DNA of 64,000 bases, taken from Actinomycetota bacterium. GTDB taxonomy: Bacteria; Actinomycetota; Actinomycetes; Actinomycetales; Microbacteriaceae. The position numbers and the translations under genes were made by a program. This document shows, in pieces, positions 9,543 through 22,895 of the stretch (positions are counted from its first letter, which is position 1; the number at the start of each line of letters is the position of its first letter). The notes under the pieces are model-generated. The model saw nothing but the letters and a program-made list of their open reading frames with translations, was not told the DNA's origin and searched no databases. Where the stretch lies: the NCBI GenBank assembly GCA_029865895.1, contig JARXAN010000032.1:11396-75395 (forward strand), given 5' to 3'.

Positions 9543-12500
9543 CGGTCACCTCCAGAATCTGGGTCCAAACTTCTTCGCCATCCAGGTCAATACCCTCGAC
9601 ATTGGCATTGCGCTGGATCTCCATCACTCTTGCGTAGTCACGCGGGAGCACTCGAACGAAGTTCGAGACTTCGGAAGCGAAGTTGGTTAGCAACTCTTGT
9701 CCAAGCGGAGAGCCAGTCAGCGCGACATGCTGCTCGAGTAATTCGCGAAGTCTTAGTTCGTCGTCGAGTTCGAGGTGTTCCAACGAGATTTCACCGGTGG
9801 AGAGTGCTTCTCTGTTTACTCGAGCCTCTGATAGTCGGTAGACATAAGCCACACCGCCAGACATTCCAGCGCCCAGGTTCACACCGGTTCGACCAAGAAT
9901 CACAGCGGTGCCACCGGTCATGTATTCAAGTGCGTGGTCACCCACACCCTCGACAACAGCCTCGGCACCAGAGTTTCTAACCAGGAAGCGCTCGCCTACG
10001 ACACCGTTGAGGAAAATCTTGCCGCTGGTTGCTCCGTAGCCAATCACGTTTCCAGCAATGACGTTCTGGTCTGGCACAAAGCCGGAATTCGCTTCAGGCT
10101 TCACCACGATGGTGCCACCGGATAGGCCCTTGCCAACGTAGTCGTTGCAATCACCCTCCACTGCGATGGTGATTCCCTGCGGCACGAAAGCACCAAGAGA
10201 TTGACCGGCTGAACCACGAAGGTTCAGGGTCAAAGTGCCCGGCTCTAGACCCTGCTCACCCCAGCGCTTGGTCAGCTCATTACCGAGCATGGTTCCAATT
10301 GCCTGGTTGGTGTTGTTGATTTCTATGTTGTGAACCACAGCCTTGCCCTCGCGAAGTGCCAGCTGGCTCTTCTCGATCAGCGGGAAGTCAAAGTGCGACT
10401 CCAGCTCGTGATCCTGATGAGTGGTGTTGCGCAGGTTCTGGGTGAGGTCAATGTCCTTCGCCGCAAAGATTGGGGTGAGGTCAAGGCCATCTGCCTTGTA
10501 GTGCGAGACGGCTCGGTTGACATCCAATAGGTCAACTCGACCAACTGCTTCTGCCAGAGTCCTAAACCCAAGCTCGGCCAGATACTCACGCACTTCCTGA
10601 GCTAAGAACTCAAAGAAGTTGACCACGTGGTCAGCCTGTCCGGTGAATCTCGCTCTGAGGTCAGGGTTCTGGGTGGCAACTCCAACCGGGCAGGTGTCTA
10701 GGTGACAGACGCGCATCAAAATGCAACCCTCAACAACCAGCGGTGCGGTTGCAAAGCCATATTCCTCAGCACCCAATAGCGCTGCAATAACGACGTCGCG
10801 ACCGGTCTTCATGGAACCATCAACCTGGACCACGATGCGGTCACGAAGGCCGTTGAGCAACAGCGTTTGCTGAGCCTCGGCAAGACCCAGTTCCCAAGGG
10901 GTTCCGGCGTGCTTCAGCGAGTTCAACGGGCTAGCACCGGTGCCACCGTCGTGCCCCGAGATCAAAACAACATCAGCCTTCGCCTTGGCAACGCCGGCAG
11001 CAACTGTGCCGACGCCGAACTGGCTAACCAGCTTGACGTGCACACGAGCGGCACGGTTCGCACGCTTGAGGTCAAAGATCAACTGCTTTAGGTCTTCGAT
11101 GGAGTAGATGTCGTGATGCGGTGGTGGGGAAATCAAACCAACACCTGGAGTGGAGTGACGCAAGGTTGCGATCCATGGGTAAACCTTGTGCGGTGGAAGT
11201 TGACCACCCTCACCTGGCTTTGCACCCTGTGCCATCTTGATCTGAATGTCGTCCGCGTGGGTCAGATACATCGAGGTAACGCCAAAGCGACCAGATGCCA
11301 CTTGCTTCACAGCACTGCGACGGTTGCGGTCCAAAAGGCGATCCACCGATTCTCCACCCTCACCGGTGTTGCTCTTAGCTCCCAAGCGGTTCATTGCAAT
11401 CGCAAGCACCTCATGGGCTTCTGGTGAGATTGCTCCCATAGACATAGCACCGGTCGAGAAGCGCTTCACTATCTCCGAGACCGGCTCTACTTCCTCGATT
11501 GGAATCGACGGGCGCACGCCGTTCTTGAAGGCAAACAGTCCACGAATAGTCATCAAACGCTCGGATTGGTCATCCACCGCGTTGGTGTACTCCTTGAAGA
11601 CGTCGTAACGCTTCTGCCTGGTGGAGTGCTGAAGTTTGAAGATGGTTTCTGGGTTGAAAAGGTGCGGTGGACCTTCGCGGCGCCACTTCATCTCACCGCC
11701 AACCTCAAGCGGTAGGTGCACCTTGGAGGCGCCCTCAATTGGGTAGGCAGCGCGGTGACGCTTCTCAATCTCCTGGTGCAGAATCTCAAGCCCAACGCCG
11801 CCGAGCTTGGTGGTGGTGCCGGTGAAGTACTTGTCAACCAGGTCCTGGCTCAGCCCAATGGCCTCGAAGCACTGCGCGCCACCGTAGGAGGCAACAGTGG
11901 AGATGCCCATCTTGGACATGATCTTGAGAATGCCCTTGCCGAGTGCCTTGACCATGTTCTTGCTGGAACGCTCTGGCGTAATGCCGGTGATCAAACCCTT
12001 GACAACCAGGTCCTCGGCGGTCTCCAGCGCCAGGTATGGGTTGATGGCAGCTGCTCCGTAACCTATCAGGGTTGCTACGTGGTGCACGTCTCTAGCATCG
12101 CCACACTCCACGACAAGACCTACCTGGAGACGTGTTCCGGTGCGGATCAAGTGGTGGTGCACGCTGCTTAGCGCTAGCAGCGATGGAATTGGAGCTAGTT
12201 CGCGGTTTGAGTCACGATCGCTGATGATGATGAAGGTTGTGCCGGCGGCGATTGCCTCGTCGACCTCGGCAGCCATCTCGGTTAAGCGCTCTTCTAGGGA
12301 TTCAGCTCCGTCGTCAACGCGATACAGCGCTGAGATGGTGACTGCCTTACCAATGTTGTTTCCCTTGTCGATGTTCTTGATTCGAGCAATCTCATCGTTG
12401 GTGAGAATCGGGAAGTCCATTACCAGCTGCTTGGCGTGCTCCGGAGTGGCAGCCAAAAGGTTCAGTACCGGGCCAATCGAAGCTGTCATCGAGGTCACCA

Positions 12501-14088
12501 CCTCCTCACGAATGGCATCCAGCGGAGGGTTAGTAACCTGAGCAAACTGCTGCGTGAAGTAGTCAAATAGCAATCGAGAGTGCTGCGAGATAGCAGCGAT
12601 TGGGGTGTCGGTACCCATTGCACCGATTGGCTCTTGGCCAGAGCGTGCCATCGGGGCAATAAATTCTTTGAGATCTTCTTCGGTGTAACCAAAGACGCGT
12701 TGGCGACGGTTTACCGAGGAGCTGGAATAGCGAACGTGCTCGCGCTCTGGCAGATCGCGCAGGTTGATCATGTTCTCTTCGAGCCAGTTCCCCCACGGTT
12801 CAGCGGCGGCAACTTCGCTCTTGATCTGCTCGTCCTCAATGATTTGACCAGAGGCGGTGTCGATCAGGAACATCTTGCCCGGCTGCAATCTGCCCTTGCG
12901 GACGATCTTCTCGGGTGGAATGTTTGCTACGCCGATTTCAGAGGCAAGAATAATGAATCCGTCTTCGGTCACCACAAAGCGACCTGGGCGAAGGCCGTTA
13001 CGGTCCAAAGTTGCGCCAACTAGAGTGCCGTCGGTGAAGATGACCGCGGCGGGTCCATCCCACGGCTCCATGATCATGGAGTGGTACTCGAAGAAGTCCC
13101 TCAGTTGTGGGTCCAGATCGAGCTGCTTCTCCCAGGCACCAGGAATCATCATCATCATGGCGTGAGGCAGTGATCGTCCAGAGAGCACAAGTAGCTCGAG
13201 GACCTCGTCAAAGGTTGCAGAATCTGAGGCGCCCGGGGTAACGATCGGCTTTAGCTGCTCGATGTTTCCAAGCTTGTCGCTGCTGAGCTGTGATTCGCGA
13301 GCTCGCATCCAATTGGCATTGCCCTTAACGGTGTTGATCTCACCATTGTGCGCAATGAAGCGGAATGGGTGAGCCAGCGGCCAGGAAGGGAAAGTGTTAG
13401 TAGAGAAGCGAGAGTGCACCAGCGCCAACTGCGACTCAAACTCCGGCTCAGAAAGATCTGGGTAGAAAGGCTCAAGCTGCAAGGTGGTAACCATGCCCTT
13501 GTAGACCATGGTTCGCATCGAAAGCGATGGGTGGTAGATGCCAATCTCGCGTTCGCTTCGCTTGCGAAGTCGGAACAAACGTCGTTCTAGCTCTAGTCCG
13601 CTCGCGGAGTCGGTCGCGCCAACAAACACCTGCTCGATCAGTGGCATTGCCGCCCTAGCCTGGTCTCCGAGAACCTCTGGTCTGGTAGGCGGAGTGCGCC
13701 AACCTAGGACAACCAGCTTTTCCTCGGAGGCAATCTTTGCAAACTGTGCCTTGTCGTTAGCTGCCTCGCCTTCAACCAGGAAGACCAAGCCGGCGCCATA
13801 GCTACCTAGCTCGGGAAGTTCAAATGAAAGTACTTTTCTAAAAAAGCGATCTGGAATCTGAGTGAGGATTCCGGCACCATCTCCGGTTCCCGCATCGGAG
13901 CCAACGGCACCGCGGTGTTCCAGGTTTCGAAGCGATGATAACGCCATGTCCACAATGTCGTGACCCGGAGTTCCACGAAGGGTGGCAACCATAGCCAGAC
14001 CGCAAGCATCCTTCTCAGCGCTCGGGTCGTATAGACCCTGCGCCGCAGGACCAGCGTTAAATCGCTGGAAAGGGCTTACTGCCGACAT
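9535..14088 (-). CDS. gltB: Glutamate synthase large (alpha) subunit
   Basis: EKDACG Ntn start, [39 protein letters not shown]; SD AGGAG. Confidence 0.98.
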   Translation of the reverse strand: MSAVSPFQRFNAGPAAQGLYDPSAEKDACGLAMVATLRGTPGHDIVDMALSSLRNLEHRGAVGSDAGTGDGAGILTQIPDRFFRKVLSFELPELGSYGAGLVFLVEGEAANDKAQFAKIASEEKLVVLGWRTPPTRPEVLGDQARAAMPLIEQVFVGATDSASGLELERRLFRLRKRSEREIGIYHPSLSMRTMVYKGMVTTLQLEPFYPDLSEPEFESQLALVHSRFSTNTFPSWPLAHPFRFIAHNGEINTVKGNANWMRARESQLSSDKLGNIEQLKPIVTPGASDSATFDEVLELLVLSGRSLPHAMMMMIPGAWEKQLDLDPQLRDFFEYHSMIMEPWDGPAAVIFTDGTLVGATLDRNGLRPGRFVVTEDGFIILASEIGVANIPPEKIVRKGRLQPGKMFLIDTASGQIIEDEQIKSEVAAAEPWGNWLEENMINLRDLPEREHVRYSSSSVNRRQRVFGYTEEDLKEFIAPMARSGQEPIGAMGTDTPIAAISQHSRLLFDYFTQQFAQVTNPPLDAIREEVVTSMTASIGPVLNLLAATPEHAKQLVMDFPILTNDEIARIKNIDKGNNIGKAVTISALYRVDDGAESLEERLTEMAAEVDEAIAAGTTFIIISDRDSNRELAPIPSLLALSSVHHHLIRTGTRLQVGLVVECGDARDVHHVATLIGYGAAAINPYLALETAEDLVVKGLITGITPERSSKNMVKALGKGILKIMSKMGISTVASYGGAQCFEAIGLSQDLVDKYFTGTTTKLGGVGLEILHQEIEKRHRAAYPIEGASKVHLPLEVGGEMKWRREGPPHLFNPETIFKLQHSTRQKRYDVFKEYTNAVDDQSERLMTIRGLFAFKNGVRPSIPIEEVEPVSEIVKRFSTGAMSMGAISPEAHEVLAIAMNRLGAKSNTGEGGESVDRLLDRNRRSAVKQVASGRFGVTSMYLTHADDIQIKMAQGAKPGEGGQLPPHKVYPWIATLRHSTPGVGLISPPPHHDIYSIEDLKQLIFDLKRANRAARVHVKLVSQFGVGTVAAGVAKAKADVVLISGHDGGTGASPLNSLKHAGTPWELGLAEAQQTLLLNGLRDRIVVQVDGSMKTGRDVVIAALLGAEEYGFATAPLVVEGCILMRVCHLDTCPVGVATQNPDLRARFTGQADHVVNFFEFLAQEVREYLAELGFRTLAEAVGRVDLLDVNRAVSHYKADGLDLTPIFAAKDIDLTQNLRNTTHQDHELESHFDFPLIEKSQLALREGKAVVHNIEINNTNQAIGTMLGNELTKRWGEQGLEPGTLTLNLRGSAGQSLGAFVPQGITIAVEGDCNDYVGKGLSGGTIVVKPEANSGFVPDQNVIAGNVIGYGATSGKIFLNGVVGERFLVRNSGAEAVVEGVGDHALEYMTGGTAVILGRTGVNLGAGMSGGVAYVYRLSEARVNREALSTGEISLEHLELDDELRLRELLEQHVALTGSPLGQELLTNFASEVSNFVRVLPRDYARVMEIQRNANVEGIDLDGEEVWTQILEVTGG

Positions 14089-14143
14089 GCGTGTCTCCTA
14101 TCGAAAAATCAAAAGGGACATCGTCGGCCCGGGTGGCTAATAC

Positions 14144-15043
14144 TTAGTTTTCTGTTGGCTCTTTTGCTGTCTTGCGCGGCTTTTTAGCCGGTTCCGCGAC
14201 AGGTTCAGGTTCTCTAAGCCAGATGCTCGGTTCTAGGCCGGGGTGGCGGCGGGACTGAACAATCAGGAGGGTAACTCCGATGGCAATTCCGATCAACGCT
14301 GACCAGATGTTTACTCGTAGTCCAAGAATAATCTCACTTGGGTCAATTCGGATACTTTCTATCCAAAATCGTCCAGTTGAGTAGAGGATGAAATAGACCG
14401 CTAGTTGCTTGCCCCACTGCAGATTCAGGCGCTTGCCAAGGAAAATCAGGAGTGCAGCAGCTGCAAAGTTCCAGATCATTTCGTAGAGGAAAGTCGGGTG
14501 GAAGGTTAGCCCCTCCGGCAATCCAGCAGGATAAGCGGCGTTGCCAAACGGAATCTCCAGACCCCATGGCAGATCCGTAGGAAGACCGTAGAGCTCCTGG
14601 TTGAAGTAGTTACCAAGACGACCGATGCCCTGAGCAATCAAAAGACCCGGTGCCAATGCATCGGCAACCGACCAGAAGCGCAAACCAGCCTGTTTCGCTC
14701 CGAACCAGACTCCCACGGCACCGAACAACAGTGCTCCGTAGATCGCCATGCCGCCCTCCCAGATTCGGAAGACAGCGAAGAAGTCTGCACCCTCGAAGAA
14801 GTAGTCCTTCGGGTGGGTGATCACGTGGTAGAAACGGCCACCGATAATTCCGGCTGGCACGGCCCAGAGTGCAATGTCTAGAAACAGACCGCGCTCAGCA
14901 CCGCGAGCGTGCAATCTCGAGTCCGCCAGCCATGACGCAATCACGATGCCGGTAAGAATGAACAGTGCGTAAAAGTGAATGCGCAGCGGGCCTAGGTCTA
15001 GGTAGCTGATCTCAGGAGAGGGAATGCTGGTAAGAAAATCCAC
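14144..15043 (-). CDS. lgt: Prolipoprotein diacylglyceryl transferase
   Basis: IWEGGMAIYG, IGRLGNYFNQELYG, HPTFLYE; multiple TM segments. Confidence 0.97.
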   Translation of the reverse strand: MDFLTSIPSPEISYLDLGPLRIHFYALFILTGIVIASWLADSRLHARGAERGLFLDIALWAVPAGIIGGRFYHVITHPKDYFFEGADFFAVFRIWEGGMAIYGALLFGAVGVWFGAKQAGLRFWSVADALAPGLLIAQGIGRLGNYFNQELYGLPTDLPWGLEIPFGNAAYPAGLPEGLTFHPTFLYEMIWNFAAAALLIFLGKRLNLQWGKQLAVYFILYSTGRFWIESIRIDPSEIILGLRVNIWSALIGIAIGVTLLIVQSRRHPGLEPSIWLREPEPVAEPAKKPRKTAKEPTEN

Positions 15044-15047
15044 TGGG

Positions 15048-15823
15048 CTATCCTAATCCGCCGGCAAGCTCTTTGGTCTTTGCGACAAGTGCTTCGAGGC
15101 CACCCTGCTGGTAGGCCTTAACAAACGCAGTTCCAACAATCGCACCATCGGCATAACTGTTCACCTCACGCACCTGGTCCGCGGTTGAGATACCAACTCC
15201 GACGCAGGTTGGTGTGGTTCCTAGCGACTTCACCCTGGACACCACCGACCTGGCAAGTCGGTCCAGTTCAGTTCGCTCTCCGGTGATTCCCATTGTGGAA
15301 ACCGAATAGACAAAACCCTTCGAAGACTGCGAGTTGTTCTCAACGCGAGCGTCTGAGCTCGATGGTGCAACCAGGAAGACTCGATCCAGCCCGTGCTTGT
15401 CAGATTGTGCGATCCAGTCCTTGGCCTCATCGGGGATTAGGTCTGGAGTGATCATGCCCTGCGCTCCTGCGGCAGCTAGATCCTCACTGAATCGCTCCAC
15501 ACCGTAAGAAAGCACCGGGTTCCAGTAACTCATGACCAGAAGTGGGGTATCAACCTTTTCGCGAACACCCTTGATGATGTCAAACAGATCGCGCAATCTA
15601 AAACCATTGGCAATCGCATCCTCGGTGGCGTGCTGAATAACCAAACCATCCATAACCGGGTCGCTATATGGAACGCCAATCTCCAAGATGTCGCAGCCAT
15701 TCTCCGCCATCGCGACTAGCGAGTCGATGCTGTCTTGCTTCGATGGGTAACCCGCCGGGAAATAACCCACCAGCGTGCCGCGACCTGATTCTCGATTACG
15801 TTCTAGGACTTCGTTGGTAATGC

Positions 15824-15827
<4 letters not shown>
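15048..15827 (-). CDS. trpA: Tryptophan synthase alpha chain
   Basis: [27 protein letters not shown]. Confidence 0.97.
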
Positions 15828-17029
<1,202 letters not shown>

Positions 17030-17039
17030 GCCCTAAATC

Positions 17040-17813
17040 CTAAGCAACACTTGTGAACTCTGGGATCAAAATCTCAGGATCCGAGGTAACCAGGGCTTCC
17101 CCAACCAAAGCTACGTCTGCTCCTGCGTTTCGATAGCGGATCACATCCGCAACACTTTTCACAGACGACTCGGCTACTTTTATGGCGTCAGAGCTCAGCG
17201 CCTGAGCCATCTGTTCGAATAAGCCAAGGTCAGTCTTGAAGGTCTGCAAATCTCTGGTGTTGATTCCAATTAGTCGAGAACCCGCGTTATTTGCGATTGC
17301 TATCTCATCGAGGGTGTGTGTCTCCACCAAAACCCCAAGACCCAGTTGTTCTGCATAGGCGTATAGGGCTCGAAAGCGTTCTTCTGGAAGCCAGGCCAGA
17401 ATCAACAGAACAAAGTCTGCACCTGCGGCCCTTGCCTCGAGAATCTGGTACTCGGTGCTGATGAAATCTTTGCGAAGCAAAGGAATGGTTGTGGTGGTTC
17501 TCGCGTCAACCAGGTCCTGGAGCTCTCCGCCGAAGCCTGACTCTTCGGTGAGGACAGAGATGGCGTGAGCGCCTGATCTTTCGTAAAGCTCTGCTTGGTT
17601 TGCGGCTGAGGGTATTTCTGCAAGAAAGCCACGCGAAGGGCTTCGCCTTTTGATCTCCGCAATAAGTTTTATGTGATCGGTCTTCTCCAAGGCAGCGTAA
17701 ACGTCAACTGGCTTTGGGATTTGTGAAATCTTGTCGAGCAGATCTTGCTCGCTAATTGAGGCCTCTCGTCTTTGAGATGCTTTTAGGGCTGCGTCAAAGA
17801 GTTGATCAAGCAC
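17040..17813 (-). CDS. trpC: Indole-3-glycerol phosphate synthase
   Basis: IAEIKRRSPSRG, ISVLTE, LLRKDFI, GINTRDL. Start set at GTG 17813 (TAGTG overlap) instead of 17870. Confidence 0.95.
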   Translation of the reverse strand: MLDQLFDAALKASQRREASISEQDLLDKISQIPKPVDVYAALEKTDHIKLIAEIKRRSPSRGFLAEIPSAANQAELYERSGAHAISVLTEESGFGGELQDLVDARTTTTIPLLRKDFISTEYQILEARAAGADFVLLILAWLPEERFRALYAYAEQLGLGVLVETHTLDEIAIANNAGSRLIGINTRDLQTFKTDLGLFEQMAQALSSDAIKVAESSVKSVADVIRYRNAGADVALVGEALVTSDPEILIPEFTSVA

Positions 17814-18037
17814 TAGTGAGCTTTGGTGTGCTCGCCGCCGACACCGTATCCGGCGCGCTTTAGAACCCAACCCACCGCAGGAGCTACAGCAGCTAGCGCG
17901 GCCGAAGCCCAGACCATAGCTGGGACATCAAGCCAAAAGAAGAGCGTGCCAATCGAAAACGCGACGATGATAATGATGACCGTGGTCCAAGAAGCTACCG
18001 AGTTGCCGTGGCCTGGATCAGTTGAGTTTTGCGACAT
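17813..18037 (-). CDS. Small two-TM membrane protein, HGxxPAAW/DUF6704-like
   Basis: DPGHGNSVASWTTV motif, two hydrophobic helices, AGYG end; usual position before trpC; SD-like GAAAGAG. Confidence 0.82.
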   Translation of the reverse strand: MSQNSTDPGHGNSVASWTTVIIIIVAFSIGTLFFWLDVPAMVWASAALAAVAPAVGWVLKRAGYGVGGEHTKAH

Positions 18038-18072
18038 GTTGTTCTCTTTCGACTAGTAAATTCTAGCAACCA

Positions 18073-18561
18073 TCAGTTCTGTTCATCCCACAGCGAGCGG
18101 TTGTCGTCATTTGCCGACTCACCCTCCTCGCGCTCTGCCCGTTGCTGATTACTCCGCAAGCCGAATAAAGCCGTAAGCATGGCCACTCCGTTGACAGCAA
18201 TGGCTGCATACTTTCCCCAGGAATCTGAGATGGTCACGCCAGCCTGGTGAGAGTCGGGGTTTAACACTCCACTTAGTCGCTCGAGTTCTGCGACCACAAC
18301 CGCACTGACCGAAAGGTCAACTGAAACACTCAGGTATAGGCCAATTGCCAGAACTGAAGCCGCTGAAATCAAAAGCGTCTTTCGAAGCTTTCCATACATC
18401 GAAATAAACAGTGCGGTGAGGGCGATTGCCGGAAGCAGATTCAGAACCGGAATCAATTGACCACCGGTGAATTCTTCTTGACCGACCTGTAGCCAAGGTA
18501 GGTTCACCAGCACCCACCAGGTTGCAACCGAGAGCGCTATTAGCGAGGCTTTAGCGCGCAT
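18073..18561 (-). CDS. Trp biosynthesis-associated membrane protein (divergent)
   Basis: About four TM helices, LPW near N-terminus, C-terminal RSLWDEQ; lies between trpE and trpC. Start estimated at ATG 18561. Confidence 0.75.
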   Translation of the reverse strand: MRAKASLIALSVATWWVLVNLPWLQVGQEEFTGGQLIPVLNLLPAIALTALFISMYGKLRKTLLISAASVLAIGLYLSVSVDLSVSAVVVAELERLSGVLNPDSHQAGVTISDSWGKYAAIAVNGVAMLTALFGLRSNQQRAEREEGESANDDNRSLWDEQN

Positions 18562-20035
18562 GACCCATCGCATTCGCTGCCGCAATGGCCTTGAGCATCA
18601 CGGCTGCCTTGGCACGCGTTTCTGCATACTCGCTCTCAGGTACAGAGTCCAGCACAATGCCGGCACCAGCCTGAATTCTGGCTACTCCATCCCTGATGAA
18701 AGCGGTTCGAATTGCAATAGCCAAATCGGAGTTGCCCTGGAAGTCGAAGTACCCAACTACGCCGCCAAAGAGTCCACGGTAGCTGGGCTCTAGGTCGTGA
18801 ATGATCTCGAGGGCTCTCGGCTTTGGCGCTCCAGAGAGCGTGCCGGCAGGGAAAGTTGCTCGCAGAGCAGAAACCGGCCCCTGATCTTCTCGCAGATCCC
18901 CCTCGACCGTGGAAACCAGGTGCATGATGTGACTGAACCGGTGAATCTGCATGAACTCTGTGACCTGCAGACTTGCTGGCTCGCAAACCTTGAGCAGGTC
19001 ATTTCTAGCAAGGTCAACCAGCATCAGGTGTTCGCTCTGCTCCTTGGCATCTGCCAACAGTTCTTCTGCCAAACGCATGTCTGTGGATGTGTCCATACCT
19101 CTTGGACGCGAACCGGCAATTGGATGCATGATGGCTTTTCCGCCGGTTACCTTCACCAGCGCCTCTGGGCTAGAGCCCACAATCGTGAAATCCCCAGAGG
19201 CATCTTGCCAACGTGTGAGATACATGTATGGACTTGGGTTTAGCGCTCGAAGTGCTCGATAAACCTCAATCGCATCGACCGTTACCTTCTGGTCAAATCG
19301 CTGGGATAGCACAACCTGGAAAACATCCCCGAGACGGACATGCTCCTTTGCCTTTTCAACCTGAGCTAGAAACTCAGCTTCTTCGGTTCGCTTCTCAAAC
19401 TCCGGCTCCGGCCAGCTTGGCTCTGAAATTAGAGCCGGGGTTGGATTCCTGAGTGCTGCCTCGATTTCTGCCATCTCGGTAAGAACTTGCTCATAGCTTT
19501 GATCGATATCTGCCCCATCGACGAATACAACTCCGACCATCAGGAGCTCTGCGCTGAGGTGATCCATCACAATTAGCTGACTGAACTGGTTGAAGGCCAA
19601 GAGTGGAATTTCGTAGTCCGCCGGTTTTGGCTCTGGGAGTCTTTCGAGTAGGTTCACCGCACCCCAACTCACAAATCCAACCAGGCCTGAGCTCAGCGGG
19701 AAGTCAACCGGCGCTGAATGCCAACTGGATTGCAAGGCTTCAAGCGCATCTAGCGGTTCTTTAGGGAGGTCTCCCGAAGGCAATGCAGGGAAATCAGAGA
19801 TCCACTGCACTTCCTTTTCGCTCGCCACTAATTGGCCTCTCGAGCGAACTCCGATAAATGAGTAGCGCCCCCACACCCCCTGCTCGGCAGACTCCAGAAG
19901 GAAGGTGTTGGCACTCTGGTCGCAGAGTTTTTGATAAATACCAAGTGGAGTTTCAGTTCCTGCAAATAGCCGCTTGCTGATCGGGATGACGTTGTAGGTC
20001 TTGGCAAGGTCGCGAACTTGATCAAGCGATAACAT
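18551..20035 (-). CDS. trpE: Anthranilate synthase component I
   Basis: FLLESAE, LNPSPYMY, EHLMLVDLARND, FPAGTLSGAPK. Confidence 0.96.
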   Translation of the reverse strand: MLSLDQVRDLAKTYNVIPISKRLFAGTETPLGIYQKLCDQSANTFLLESAEQGVWGRYSFIGVRSRGQLVASEKEVQWISDFPALPSGDLPKEPLDALEALQSSWHSAPVDFPLSSGLVGFVSWGAVNLLERLPEPKPADYEIPLLAFNQFSQLIVMDHLSAELLMVGVVFVDGADIDQSYEQVLTEMAEIEAALRNPTPALISEPSWPEPEFEKRTEEAEFLAQVEKAKEHVRLGDVFQVVLSQRFDQKVTVDAIEVYRALRALNPSPYMYLTRWQDASGDFTIVGSSPEALVKVTGGKAIMHPIAGSRPRGMDTSTDMRLAEELLADAKEQSEHLMLVDLARNDLLKVCEPASLQVTEFMQIHRFSHIMHLVSTVEGDLREDQGPVSALRATFPAGTLSGAPKPRALEIIHDLEPSYRGLFGGVVGYFDFQGNSDLAIAIRTAFIRDGVARIQAGAGIVLDSVPESEYAETRAKAAVMLKAIAAANAMGHAR

Positions 20036-20355
20036 CAGTCCTCCTCAAAGCAACTAGTGGTGCCATTGTGGCAGGCTGGGCCAGCGGTTGTGACACGTGC
20101 TAAGACAGTATCCCCGTCGCAGTCCATACTCAAAGAGACCACCTCCTGAAAGTTCCCAGAGGTGTCACCTTTAAGCCAGCGTTGGTTGCGTGAGCGGGAA
20201 AAGTAAACCATCTTGCCAAGTGAGAGGGTTTCCTCGAGAGTCTCTTTAGTCGCATAGGCCAGCATGAGCACCTCGTTTGTCTCGGCACTCTGAGTTATCA
20301 CGGGTACTAAGCCATTGCTATCAAATTTGAGCTTGGAAACATCGAACAGTCTCAT
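20035..20355 (-). CDS. hisI: Phosphoribosyl-AMP cyclohydrolase
   Basis: [22 protein letters not shown]...SCF. Confidence 0.96.
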   Translation of the reverse strand: MRLFDVSKLKFDSNGLVPVITQSAETNEVLMLAYATKETLEETLSLGKMVYFSRSRNQRWLKGDTSGNFQEVVSLSMDCDGDTVLARVTTAGPACHNGTTSCFEED

Positions 20356-21107
20356 CTGACCTCCAATCCAGCAGCCTTCATGGCTTCCTTGACGTCTGAA
20401 AGAGTAAACATTCCCTCATGGAAAACGCTGGCTGCTAGAAGCGCATCAGCACCAGCTTGAGCAGCTGCAACAAAGTGCCCCAGCGTCCCTGCTCCCCCAG
20501 ATGCGATTACCGGGACCTGAGAGATTTGCTTCACGCGATCGATCAACTCAAGATCAAACCCGTCTCTGGTGCCGTCGGCGTCGATGCTATTTACCAGCAG
20601 CTCACCCGCTCCTAGGTCCTGAACCTGTCGAACCCACTCCATGGCATCCAGATCCGTTAGTTCGCGACCGCCGTTAGAGGTGACGCCAAAGCCTGATTTA
20701 GTTGATGAGCGTTTCAGATCTAGCGAGATCACCAGCACCTGGTTGCCGTGTTCCTTGGCGATCTCGGATAGCAGTTCTGGTCTTCTAATTCCGGCAGAAC
20801 CCACCGAGACCTTGTCCGCACCGCTTGCTAGAAGTCTCGACACATCTTCAAGCGCACGAATTCCGCCACCTACCGTGAGTGGGATAAAGACCTGTTCAGC
20901 GCAGCGAGTGACCATGTCCAAGGTGGTGCCTCGGTTCTCATTGGTGGCCGCAACATCCAAGAAGGTGATCTCATCGGCTCCCTGAAGGAAGTATCTGTTT
21001 GCGAGTTCAACAGGATCGCCAGAATCCTTCAGGTTCTGAAAGTTGACTCCCTTGACCACGCGCCCGTCGGCAACGTCAAGGCAAGGGATAACTCGAATTG
21101 CTGGCAC
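20352..21107 (-). CDS. hisF: Imidazole glycerol phosphate synthase cyclase subunit
   Basis: RVIPCLDV...[27 protein letters not shown]. Confidence 0.97.
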   Translation of the reverse strand: MPAIRVIPCLDVADGRVVKGVNFQNLKDSGDPVELANRYFLQGADEITFLDVAATNENRGTTLDMVTRCAEQVFIPLTVGGGIRALEDVSRLLASGADKVSVGSAGIRRPELLSEIAKEHGNQVLVISLDLKRSSTKSGFGVTSNGGRELTDLDAMEWVRQVQDLGAGELLVNSIDADGTRDGFDLELIDRVKQISQVPVIASGGAGTLGHFVAAAQAGADALLAASVFHEGMFTLSDVKEAMKAAGLEVR

Positions 21108-21949
21108 TAGATTCTCGCGGCGTGGATTGCACTAACCAGGATCGCCCGAGCACCAATCTCATAAAGCTGATCCATGATTTGGTTGGTTTGATCGGCCTTC
21201 ACCAGCGCACGAACCGCTACCCAAGTCTTATCTGCCAGAGGTGAAATGGTTGGAGACTCGATTCCCGGAGTAAGGGCGGTTGCCGCATCAATTAGTGCGA
21301 CCGGGCAGTCGTAATCAAAAATGACATACTCGCGAGCAACGATGACTCCCTGCAAACGTCTCAATAGCTTTGAAGCCTCGTTTGCCTTACCAGGGGCGCA
21401 AATCAAACGGGCGGTCGACTTGAGAATGACCGGTCCAAAGATTGCAAGACCAGCCTTGCGCAGGGTGTTTCCGGTGGAGACCACATCGGCAACGGCGTCC
21501 GCCACGCCAAGTTTCACTGCAGATTCGACTGCACCGTCCAGCTTCACGATTTCTGCCTTCACACCGTGCTGAGCTAGGTAGTCAGAAATCAGGTGCGGAT
21601 AGGCGGTAGCAAGTCTCTTGCCTTGAAGATCAGCTACCTGAGTGAAACCCGCCTCGACAGGCGCGGCAAATCGGAAAGTTGATCCGCCGAAACCTAGATC
21701 CGCAACTTCATCCGCCTTGGATTGGGCGTCCTTCAAAAGGTCAAGACCGGTAAGGCCAACATCCAATGATCCGGAACCCACGTAGGTCGCGATGTCTCTT
21801 GGGCGGAGGTAGAAGAACTCAATCTGGTTCTGCTCGTCCACTAGGTGCAGTTCTGCGGTGTCCCTGCGAACGGCGTAGCCGGCCTCCTTGAGCATCGAGA
21901 TGGCCGAATCTGAAAGGATTCCCTTGTTCGGGACTGCAACCTTGAGCAT
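21107..21949 (-). CDS. hisG: ATP phosphoribosyltransferase (long form)
   Basis: [29 protein letters not shown]-terminal PTISPL regulatory domain. Confidence 0.97.
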   Translation of the reverse strand: MLKVAVPNKGILSDSAISMLKEAGYAVRRDTAELHLVDEQNQIEFFYLRPRDIATYVGSGSLDVGLTGLDLLKDAQSKADEVADLGFGGSTFRFAAPVEAGFTQVADLQGKRLATAYPHLISDYLAQHGVKAEIVKLDGAVESAVKLGVADAVADVVSTGNTLRKAGLAIFGPVILKSTARLICAPGKANEASKLLRRLQGVIVAREYVIFDYDCPVALIDAATALTPGIESPTISPLADKTWVAVRALVKADQTNQIMDQLYEIGARAILVSAIHAARI

Positions 21950-22212
21950 TACAACTGCTCCTCTACCTTGGAAAGCGGAATACCCCTGGCAATCAGAATC
22001 AGTTGCAGGTGGTAAATCAATTGGGAAGCTTCAAGAGCCAATTGTTCATCAGACTCGTGCTCGGCAGCCATCCAGACCTCGGCGGCCTCTTCGACAACTT
22101 TCTTGCCGATTGCATGAACGCCCTGCTCCAGCAAATCCGTTGAGCGCGAACCAACTGGGCGCTCCAAATTTCTTATGCTGAGCTCTTCAAAGAGCTGGTC
22201 AAAGGATTTCAT
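21949..22212 (-). CDS. hisE: Phosphoribosyl-ATP diphosphatase
   Basis: [25 protein letters not shown]. Confidence 0.96.
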   Translation of the reverse strand: MKSFDQLFEELSIRNLERPVGSRSTDLLEQGVHAIGKKVVEEAAEVWMAAEHESDEQLALEASQLIYHLQLILIARGIPLSKVEEQL

Positions 22213-22235
22213 GGCTCTAGGTTACCGCCCCAGAG

Positions 22236-22886
22236 CTAGTGCGAGTGGGCCAGTTCCCTGAGCTTTACGATTTCTAGGTTGCGATTCTCGGCGTTGAAAA
22301 CAGCGCTTCCCGCCACAAAAACATCCGCTCCGGCGTCTGCCAGCTGCGCGATATTTGACTCGGTAACTCCCCCGTCGACTTGGATCGCGACTGAAAGTCC
22401 ATTTGCTCGAAGAGCTGCTTTGGCTGCCACGACCTTGGAAACTGTCTCTGGAATTAGCTTCTGACCGCCAAAACCGGGTTCAACTGTCATCACCAGGAGC
22501 ATGTCAATCTCACCGAGCAATTGCTCGACTTCTGAAAATGGTGTGTTGGGCTTGATGGCAATTGCGGCCTTCGACCCAATGTCTCGAATTCTTCTTGCTA
22601 AGCCAATCGGGTCCTTGGCAGCTTCCAGGTGGAAAGTGACTGAGTCGCATCCGACCTCAGCAAAACTTGGAGCCCAGCGATCTGGGTCCTCAATCATTAG
22701 GTGGACGTCAAGCGGAAGCTTTGATACCGCAAATAGTCTCGAGACGATGGGCAATCCGAAAGTTAGGTTCGGCACAAAGTGATTGTCCATCACATCCAAG
22801 TGAGCAGCGTCAGCCCCTGAAATGGTGGCTAGCTCGGCCTCGAGGTTCGCAAAGTCTGCGCTGAGGATTGACGGATGGATCTTCAT
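22236..22886 (-). CDS. rpe: Ribulose-phosphate 3-epimerase
   Basis: PSILSADF, HLDVMDNHFVPN, MTVEPGFGGQ, VDGG. Confidence 0.98.
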   Translation of the reverse strand: MKIHPSILSADFANLEAELATISGADAAHLDVMDNHFVPNLTFGLPIVSRLFAVSKLPLDVHLMIEDPDRWAPSFAEVGCDSVTFHLEAAKDPIGLARRIRDIGSKAAIAIKPNTPFSEVEQLLGEIDMLLVMTVEPGFGGQKLIPETVSKVVAAKAALRANGLSVAIQVDGGVTESNIAQLADAGADVFVAGSAVFNAENRNLEIVKLRELAHSH

Positions 22887-22895
22887 GATTTGAGC

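Noticed and set aside
9288-9980. 230-aa plus-strand ORF and many other antisense ORFs (e.g. 4147-4716, 7169-7702, 40442-40984, 56379-56975)
   Set aside because: They lie wholly opposite well-conserved genes, have no recognisable motifs and show the composition typical of shadow frames.
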